DNA from: Gemmatimonadota bacterium
GTDB lineage: Bacteria > 4572-55 > J002
Assembly: GCA_003697105.1 (NCBI GenBank)
Contig: RFFQ01000166.1
Location: 1 to 44,692 of the forward strand
Length of the DNA stretch: 44,692 bases
Reading direction: 5' to 3'
Notes under the pieces: generated by a model
Databases searched by the model: none
What the model was told of the DNA's origin: nothing
What the model saw: only the letters and a program-made list of their open reading frames with translations
Part shown: piece after piece, positions 37,878-44,692 of the stretch
Position numbering within the stretch: the first letter of the stretch is position 1
Layout: every line of letters begins with the position of its first letter
Made by a program: the position numbers and the translations under genes

Positions 37878-39536
37878 ATGAATCCGAAAATTCAGACCCT
37901 CCGGCAAAAGTTAGCCCATGCCCGAGGAAAAAAGAGAGTCAATCTCTTGAATGATCTGGCATTTGCTTACTGGTCTATTGATCCGCAACAGACAAAATCA
38001 TACGGGGAAGAAGCTCTTCAATTGGCACATGAATTGGATGATGATCCTTTACGAGCCAACAGCTACAGCAGTTTGGGCTCTGCCGCTTGGCGGTTGGGAC
38101 AGTATGATCAAGCCCTCGAATGGTTTCGGAAAACGATCCCCATTTACGAGGCGACCGGTCATATTGACGGTTTAGCCAAAACATATAACAATCTGGGTAT
38201 GGTTTACCAGTACAAAGGGGCGTATATGCAGGCGATCACCTGGCTAAACCGTGCATTGGAACTTAAACAAACCCTAGACAATCCAGATTCAATCGCACGA
38301 ACGTTGACGAATCTCGCGATTGTGTGCCGCCATCAAGGGGATTTCAAGCAAGCCATAGAGTATCAATTGGAGGCACTTCGGATATTTGAGAGGCAAGAAG
38401 ACTGGCTCACGGTCGCGATGTGCTATGATAATCTGGGCTATTTTTACACCGATCTGAAGGCATACGATACCGCCGAACGTTACCTCCAACACGCCCTTGA
38501 GATTTATCGCCGGTACGATCATCTGCCGCAACAGGCGGTTTGCTACCATAATTTGGGCAATATTTTTCAGGAAAAAGGTGCGTGGGATCAGGCATTAAGG
38601 TATTATCAGCGCATCGAAAAGCTGGCAGATACAATTCAAGACCCGCAGCGGATTGCCGCCACAATACAGACCATCGGTCAGGTGTATTCGGCATTGGGAA
38701 ACACGGAACTGGCAGAAGATTACTTACGCCGGGCACAGGAAATGTTCATTCAGATCGGCGATTTACGGAAAATTGCCACAAGCCACCTGCGGCTCGGTAC
38801 ACATTTGTTGACCGTCAACGCCTTTGATTCCGCGGAGGCACAATTCCGGCAAGCCCTAGAACAGGCAGAGAAAATTGGAGCAAAAGATGTACAATCCAAT
38901 GCCTTGCGGGAACTTGCCCAATTGTACGAAATTCAAAAAGATTTCTCACAGGCGCTTGCTTTTTACAAGGCGCACCACCGGGCAGAACAGGAACTGTTCA
39001 CTCGCCAAAAAACCGAGGCTATTGAACGGTTACGCATCGAGTACGAAAGTGAACGTAAGGAAAAAGAGGCGGAAATTTACCGGTTGAAAAATGCCCGCCT
39101 CGAAGCGGAAATCCGGCATAAAAACCAGGAGTTGCACTTGCTCGCGTTGAATCTGGTGCAAAAAAATCAGTGGATCGAGGACATCAAGGCGCAGATTCAG
39201 GCGGCACAACCCCAAACCGGCTTGGCGAATTGGATCGACCAACTCCGGCAAAGACTTGACAGACTTCAGGAATCCGAAGCGGATTGGGACGCCCTTGAAC
39301 AGCAATTTCAGATGGTTCACCGCGATTTTATCGAACGTCTTTCTCACCATTACCCCAATCTCACCCCTATGGAACTCAAAGTCTGCGCTCTGCTCAAACT
39401 TAACCTCACCACAGCGGACATTGCCACCATATTGTGTCGCTCTAACCGCAGTGTTGAGGATCACCGGCAATCCCTCCGCCGCAAATTTGGCTTGAAGCGC
39501 TCCCAAAACCTCGCCTCGTTCGTTGTTTCCCTTTAA
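37878..39536 (+). CDS. TPR-repeat transcriptional regulator with a C-terminal LuxR-type HTH
   Basis: About 8 TPRs (A.TYNNLG), a coiled coil, LTPMELKVCALLKLNLTTADIA...VEDHRQSLRRK; no signal peptide or TM helix seen. Confidence 0.88.
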   Translation: MNPKIQTLRQKLAHARGKKRVNLLNDLAFAYWSIDPQQTKSYGEEALQLAHELDDDPLRANSYSSLGSAAWRLGQYDQALEWFRKTIPIYEATGHIDGLAKTYNNLGMVYQYKGAYMQAITWLNRALELKQTLDNPDSIARTLTNLAIVCRHQGDFKQAIEYQLEALRIFERQEDWLTVAMCYDNLGYFYTDLKAYDTAERYLQHALEIYRRYDHLPQQAVCYHNLGNIFQEKGAWDQALRYYQRIEKLADTIQDPQRIAATIQTIGQVYSALGNTELAEDYLRRAQEMFIQIGDLRKIATSHLRLGTHLLTVNAFDSAEAQFRQALEQAEKIGAKDVQSNALRELAQLYEIQKDFSQALAFYKAHHRAEQELFTRQKTEAIERLRIEYESERKEKEAEIYRLKNARLEAEIRHKNQELHLLALNLVQKNQWIEDIKAQIQAAQPQTGLANWIDQLRQRLDRLQESEADWDALEQQFQMVHRDFIERLSHHYPNLTPMELKVCALLKLNLTTADIATILCRSNRSVEDHRQSLRRKFGLKRSQNLASFVVSL

Positions 39537-39683
39537 CCGCATCCCGTATTAATCCCGTAATGGTTTTTCAGTTAAATGAATTATGTTAAGACCGCCCATA
39601 ACAACCTATCCGGCAGAAATATACTCCGAAATACCGTATTTCTGCCGGTGGTTTTTTAATTTATCCGATGAGGAGGTCTTTTC

Positions 39684-42422
39684 ATGCGATGGTTGATTTT
39701 TTTGATAATTTTTGGCGTGTTGATTGGCGCTTTGCCCCAGTCCGGTGTAGCGCAGGTGACCTTTGACCGCACAACGCACATTGCGAATAGCGATGGCGAC
39801 GGCAGGGATGTTGATTTGGATCGGCTTTCTTCCGCCGCAATGGTGATGGCATACACCGAGGCAGTCACCCCGGAAAATACGGAATTGAGAGTCCGGATCG
39901 GTGTCGTTCACAGAGATCAGGTGGAACTCGGCACCGCCGTTGCCGTACCGGTCACCCCCGCACCTAGCCTCACGGAATTCACCGTCACGGCGCTGTCTTC
40001 CGAGCAATTTGTTCTGATTTATGGATATACCGATGATGGGGTTGGGGTCAATGCCGCCATTGCCGGACGGGTTTCGGGCACAACCATCACTTGGGGACAA
40101 CCCACGATCTTTTATCAGAATGAAGCCGGATTTTTTTCGACCGATTTTGATGCCGATGCGCTTTCGATGGATCAATTTATCGTTGCGTATCAGAACGTAC
40201 AACCGGATGTTCGGGGTGTCGTGCGAGTGGGATCAGTCAATTCTGCGAACACCATCACCTTTGAAGATGAGGTTATTTTTGAAGAAGTAACCCCTTACGA
40301 TGTCTCTGTCACGGCTCTCACCTCCACCAGCTTTGCACTCGGTTGGCGGACGGAGGGCGGCTGGGTCTGTACGGGTTCGATCTCGCCCGAAGGCATCCAG
40401 TTTTCCCCGATCCTCCCTTATGCCGAAGACGTAGCCCATTTTGGCGGGCTTTTTACCCTTCACTCGACCACGTTCGGACTCGTTTACGCTGGTACAGCTG
40501 ATGAACACGCCCAAATACGGCAAGGGTTCACGGCGGGGGAATTGTCTTTGGGGATGCCATACCCGTTTACCACAGATGAGGTTCAATTTTACACCTCGCG
40601 GGCTTCCGTCGCGCTCTCACCAACTCGATTTGTGACCACCTATTCTACCGGTGGTAACTCGCCGTCGGGGCGGGTGGTACTGGGTTCGGTTGAAGATGGC
40701 ATTCAAACGGGTGACCCCTTGATTTTCGATCCGCGTGGCGCCAACCAATCACATGTTTATACCAGCGTGACCCATTTGGATGTCAACACCTTTGTGGTGA
40801 TGTATGAAGACAATCTGGGTGAAATTGCGATCACCATTGGTACAATCGATGAAAATTCAAATGTACCGACGCCAACCCTGCAATGGGCACGAACAATCGG
40901 GGATGATGACGGCGGTTATTCCGATACGGATGCCGATCAAGGACACGCCATCACCAGTGATGACCATAGGAATATCTATGTCACCGGCGTGTTTACCGAT
41001 CCGGATTCCGGCGTAGATTGCGGCAACGGGCAGATATTATCCGGCAGTTACGAGGACATTTTTCTGGCAAAATATAACCGTACTGGGGTTTGTCAGTGGG
41101 TAATTTCCATCGGAACGGATGACCCTGTCAATATGAAAGATGGCGGTCTGGATGTGCTCTACCGCGCCGGTTATATCTATCTGACGGGTTATTTTACCGG
41201 CACGAATGTAAATTTTGGGAACGGAATTTTGATCAACGGGCATACCAACGGGGATTTGGGCAGCACGGATGCCTTCCTCGCTAAATACCGGGCATCCGAC
41301 GGACATTGTCTTTGGGCGCGGGCTATCGGCGGCACTAGCGTGGACAAAGGGTACAGCCTTGATCTGGATGTAGAGGGCAACATCTACCTCACCGGCACAC
41401 TCAGCCCCTCGGAAATATGGGATTTTGGGAATAATATCCTAATCGACTTTAACGAGAATAGTTCGTACAACGGTTTTTTGGCGAAATATGATCCGGCAGG
41501 CATTTGCGAATGGGCTCGAGTCGTTGGCGGTTCTGGGCAAGCGGTGCGGAATCAAGCTGTGACCGTAAATAGTTTTGGTGTGTACATCACCGGTTCCGCC
41601 GATGGTAATGGCAGTGCGGTTGATTTTGGCAACGGACAAACCCTGATCAACGACTCCGAAGATATTTTTTTGGCACAGTTTGCTCCGAATGGGCAATGCC
41701 TGCGCGTGCGTGGATTTGGCGGCTCACAGCCCGCTGAAATCGACCGGGGATATGGCTTAGGCACGGATTCCGGCGGTAACATTTACCTCACTGGCGCATT
41801 TCGGGGCGAAGAGGTTGATCTGGGAACAGGAGAACGGTTTACCTCATGGCTGGATGATATTTTTCTGAGCCGCTTTTCACCCTCACTTGATGGACAGTGG
41901 ACACGAGTCATCCGTGTTCCGGCAGCAAATGGCGCCGGTCATGATCTGGCAGTACGCGGTAATTATATCTATCTCACCGGAAAATACTACCCCGCCTACC
42001 GTGACATCGATTTTGGCAATGGCTTTATTTTGGACATCCATCACAGCGGTGGAGAAGATACCTTTTTAGCCCGTTACCGTGCCGCTGACGGCGCGTGCCA
42101 GTGGTTACAAACCATACCGGAAGGCTATGCCACCGGAAATGGGGTTACAGTCAACCGGCTTTTTGATGCGACCATCACCGGTTATGTGATCGGGCAAAAT
42201 GTCGATTTTGGCGGTATCCTGCTCAGTAGTATTTACAAGGATGCCTTTGTGGCGCACTATGGCGCTCCCCAGCAGAATCTAGTTGAAGAACTGATCCAAA
42301 CCCTCATTGAAGGATGGGTAGAAGCGGAAGACATCGAAATCTATGACTTGAATGCAGATCATCACTTAGATGTCGGTGATGTGCAGTACTACTTTCAGCA
42401 ATTCTGGCAACCGGAAGAATAA
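39684..42422 (+). CDS. Secreted beta-propeller (SBBP-like repeat) protein with a dockerin/EF-hand-like tail
   Basis: Signal peptide; repeated D..GNIY.TG.F / D.FLAKY...G.C.W units; C-terminal DLNADHHLDVGD; GAGGAGG RBS. Confidence 0.82.
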   Translation: MRWLIFLIIFGVLIGALPQSGVAQVTFDRTTHIANSDGDGRDVDLDRLSSAAMVMAYTEAVTPENTELRVRIGVVHRDQVELGTAVAVPVTPAPSLTEFTVTALSSEQFVLIYGYTDDGVGVNAAIAGRVSGTTITWGQPTIFYQNEAGFFSTDFDADALSMDQFIVAYQNVQPDVRGVVRVGSVNSANTITFEDEVIFEEVTPYDVSVTALTSTSFALGWRTEGGWVCTGSISPEGIQFSPILPYAEDVAHFGGLFTLHSTTFGLVYAGTADEHAQIRQGFTAGELSLGMPYPFTTDEVQFYTSRASVALSPTRFVTTYSTGGNSPSGRVVLGSVEDGIQTGDPLIFDPRGANQSHVYTSVTHLDVNTFVVMYEDNLGEIAITIGTIDENSNVPTPTLQWARTIGDDDGGYSDTDADQGHAITSDDHRNIYVTGVFTDPDSGVDCGNGQILSGSYEDIFLAKYNRTGVCQWVISIGTDDPVNMKDGGLDVLYRAGYIYLTGYFTGTNVNFGNGILINGHTNGDLGSTDAFLAKYRASDGHCLWARAIGGTSVDKGYSLDLDVEGNIYLTGTLSPSEIWDFGNNILIDFNENSSYNGFLAKYDPAGICEWARVVGGSGQAVRNQAVTVNSFGVYITGSADGNGSAVDFGNGQTLINDSEDIFLAQFAPNGQCLRVRGFGGSQPAEIDRGYGLGTDSGGNIYLTGAFRGEEVDLGTGERFTSWLDDIFLSRFSPSLDGQWTRVIRVPAANGAGHDLAVRGNYIYLTGKYYPAYRDIDFGNGFILDIHHSGGEDTFLARYRAADGACQWLQTIPEGYATGNGVTVNRLFDATITGYVIGQNVDFGGILLSSIYKDAFVAHYGAPQQNLVEELIQTLIEGWVEAEDIEIYDLNADHHLDVGDVQYYFQQFWQPEE

Positions 42423-42426
42423 CAGG

Positions 42427-43533
42427 TCACGGAGAAACGGCACGCCGGAGGTAATCCGGGTAAAATTCGCGTTGCCAGTGCCGCAACCGTGTACCCGGAT
42501 TATATTCAATCCCCCCGTAGAGATAGGAGCGCATGCGATATTCGTACACCACGTGGTCTGCGGGACGGATAGGCACAGTGGAACGAGCCGGAGGTAACGG
42601 AATCCGCACGCGAAAACCCGCATTTTGGCTATACCGGCTCCATAAGCCGGTCAGGTCGAGGTCGATCCGGCGGAACTGGCGACGAATCTCCACTTGTACC
42701 CCCCGGTCACCGTACAAAAACTGGTGATAGCCGGCATGGAGTGTGGTGTTGACCGGGGCAACGCGGTATTCCACGTACAACTGGCCGGTCACCACCCCCA
42801 GTTCAAAAAGGTTCGTGTACCGCCAAGTGGCATCCGTATAACTGGAATAGGCGGTGTATCCAGCATACCCGCCCACCGCCCACGGAGAATTGGCAAAATA
42901 TCGCTTAAATTCCAGATCGACACCATAGCGATCCTCAAAAAATTGCCCAATGGTGGCAGAAATAAACAGATTTCGGGGCAAACGCCAGGTCTGGTTGAGC
43001 GTAAGATACCCCAACTTCCACTGACCCGTGTCCGCCAGATAGCCCTCCTCCTTGAGTTCGTTGTACAGCCGAAAGATCGGTGCCACCGAAATTTGATGAC
43101 CTTGCCAAAATGTGAGCCGCAATTCCGGCATTAGATTAATCTGCAATTTCACCGCATCATCATAATTGCCTAAAATATCCTTGAGAACCGGGTGCAAAAT
43201 CAGTTGTGGCGGGGTGGAAAATGGAGGTGCGGCGGGAAGTGACCCCGGAAAATCCCAACCAATGGAACGAAAGGCACCGGTAGAATCCACCTGAATATAG
43301 CTGACCGGTAGTTGATGGTAATACGCGATGAGGGTTACTGGAGGTGATACCTGATCGAGTACATCCTGTAATGCCCGGTATTCCTCCCGAAACACGTGAT
43401 TTTGGTAAAAGAGAGTCTGATCCGAATGATTCACATCTGGGGGAAACCAAAGGTCGATCTCGTGTGCTCCCAGCAACGATGGAATTATGCTCACCCAGAT
43501 GAATAACGCTATACTACGCATGAGGTTTTCCAT
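42427..43533 (-). CDS. YjbH-like outer-membrane protein
   Basis: Signal peptide; IGQFFEDRYGVDLE, HQFLYGDRGVQVEIRRQF, GFRVRIPL. The start could be 43521. Confidence 0.65.
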   Translation of the reverse strand: MENLMRSIALFIWVSIIPSLLGAHEIDLWFPPDVNHSDQTLFYQNHVFREEYRALQDVLDQVSPPVTLIAYYHQLPVSYIQVDSTGAFRSIGWDFPGSLPAAPPFSTPPQLILHPVLKDILGNYDDAVKLQINLMPELRLTFWQGHQISVAPIFRLYNELKEEGYLADTGQWKLGYLTLNQTWRLPRNLFISATIGQFFEDRYGVDLEFKRYFANSPWAVGGYAGYTAYSSYTDATWRYTNLFELGVVTGQLYVEYRVAPVNTTLHAGYHQFLYGDRGVQVEIRRQFRRIDLDLTGLWSRYSQNAGFRVRIPLPPARSTVPIRPADHVVYEYRMRSYLYGGIEYNPGTRLRHWQREFYPDYLRRAVSP

Positions 43534-43625
43534 AAATAGACTTCCAGAAAAAACGGGACAGATCTTTGAGATTTGTCCCGTTAGGCTTTCTCTTTTATTA
43601 CCATAATGTTGGGTGCAGGTCAAAT

Positions 43626-43658
43626 AAAAAAACGACGAGAGGGGGTGTCCTCTCGTCG
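43626..43658 (-). terminator. Intrinsic terminator
   Basis: CGACGAGAGG/CCTCTCGTCG stem with T7 on the minus strand. Confidence 0.82.
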
Positions 43659-43686
43659 CTGGATAAAACCCGGATTAAAATACCGG

Positions 43687-44691
43687 TTATTTGAGAAGTG
43701 TCATCGTGCGCGTAATACTGTGTTCATTTGTCGTTAAGTGATAGATATAAACACCACTTTCCACGCTTTGACCCTTGTTATCCACACCATTCCAATTAAC
43801 GCTGTACTTACCCGGGGCAAGATATTCATCCACTAAACTCCGCACCAGACGACCACTGAGGTCATAGATGTTCAACGTCACGTGAGTATCAGTACTGATT
43901 TCGTAGGGAATACTGGTGCGCGGGTTGAATGGATTCGGGTAATTTTGACCCAACGTTACATTCTGCGGCACGGCAATTTCATCGATACCGGCCAGGGCAT
44001 CGCTACCGGGAATGCTTCCCAATTCAACCAAGGAATTACCGGCTAAACGGGCTCCGGCAGAGGCGCGGATGGTGACATCATCAATATAGATATGGTCGGC
44101 ATTTGCCGAGGCATCACACCGGAAGCGTACTTTGGCATTGCTACTATTGCCGGTGTTGATGGACACGGTCGCCGTATAGAAGGTATTGTTATTGAAATGG
44201 GTACCGCGTGCCCAGCTCGCAACGGTTGTCCAAGTGGAGCCGCCGTTACTCGAATATTGAAGCCAAAAATCTTCGCCATTTTCCATGCTGTAGCTGTAGA
44301 AGAAGAATTCCACATCGATAGAAGAGACTCCTGAAGCATCAAACGCATCTGTCGTCATGGAAGAAGCAGTGCCGGAGTTATCCCGAATACGGATCGAATA
44401 GCTCCCGCCATAGGAACGGCTACCGCTGTACCGGGCACAGTCAGAACCGCCATCATTCCAGTTACCCCAACCGCTTTCAAAATCATCAAAGAGGGTTGTG
44501 AAGCTACCGCCGCCACCGCCAACGGCATTCACTGTAACCGTCGCTTGATCGGAATCCGTCGCTCCGTCATTATCCGTCACGGTCAAGGTCACTGTGTATG
44601 TCCCAGCACTGCTGTACGTATGGCTCGGATTCGCGCTGCTGGAAGTACCACCATCTCCAAAATCCCAGCTATAGCTTACAATCGAACCATC
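43687..44691 (-). CDS. 3' part of a secreted PKD-domain protein with a FlgD/T9SS-type C-terminal domain (starts beyond window)
   Basis: Frame open to the window edge (DGSIVSYSWDFGDG...); DFESGW..DGG.DCARYSGSRSYGG domain shared with 22201-25767; NYPNPFNP. Confidence 0.88.
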   Translation of the reverse strand, partial: DGSIVSYSWDFGDGGTSSSANPSHTYSSAGTYTVTLTVTDNDGATDSDQATVTVNAVGGGGGSFTTLFDDFESGWGNWNDGGSDCARYSGSRSYGGSYSIRIRDNSGTASSMTTDAFDASGVSSIDVEFFFYSYSMENGEDFWLQYSSNGGSTWTTVASWARGTHFNNNTFYTATVSINTGNSSNAKVRFRCDASANADHIYIDDVTIRASAGARLAGNSLVELGSIPGSDALAGIDEIAVPQNVTLGQNYPNPFNPRTSIPYEISTDTHVTLNIYDLSGRLVRSLVDEYLAPGKYSVNWNGVDNKGQSVESGVYIYHLTTNEHSITRTMTLLK

Positions 44692-44692
44692 C

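Overview
Bacterial chromosomal window, probably from an FCB-group lineage such as KSB1, Calditrichota or Marinimicrobia. This is inferred from four secreted proteins that end in an NYPNPFNP FlgD/T9SS-type sorting domain. From left to right: (i) a stressosome operon (end of rsbR, rsbS, rsbT); (ii) about 1.9 kb of mobile-element debris (two IS1634-like termini, a broken PIN toxin gene and a frameshifted group II intron RT fragment); (iii) housekeeping and accessory genes (GcvR-like ACT protein, J-domain/Ig-like fusion, an unlisted 2[4Fe-4S] ferredoxin, AAA_28 ATPase, small ORFs behind an SOS-box-like promoter, cls-ybhP, vapBC); (iv) a 1577-aa Ser/Thr kinase-ATPase-TPR-GAF-sigma54 activator, divergent from a -24/-12 promoter with an IHF site upstream of two secreted repeat proteins; (v) a large secreted EEP nuclease (PKD/LTD domains) preceded by a 2'-dG-II riboswitch; (vi) an 11-kb class III PHA locus (phaE, phaC, GbsR-type regulator, phaB/fabG, Na+/solute symporter, acyl-CoA ligase, lipoprotein, outer-membrane barrel, PhaZ7/Lipase_2-like lipoprotein, alpha/beta hydrolase) with a 16-bp palindrome repeated at three promoters, a candidate polyester scavenge-and-store system; (vii) a TPR-LuxR regulator with a beta-propeller protein, a YjbH-like protein, and the 3' part of a paralog of the nuclease C-terminus. 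No rRNA, tRNA or CRISPR array was seen. All family calls come from motif recognition by eye; no database search was run.
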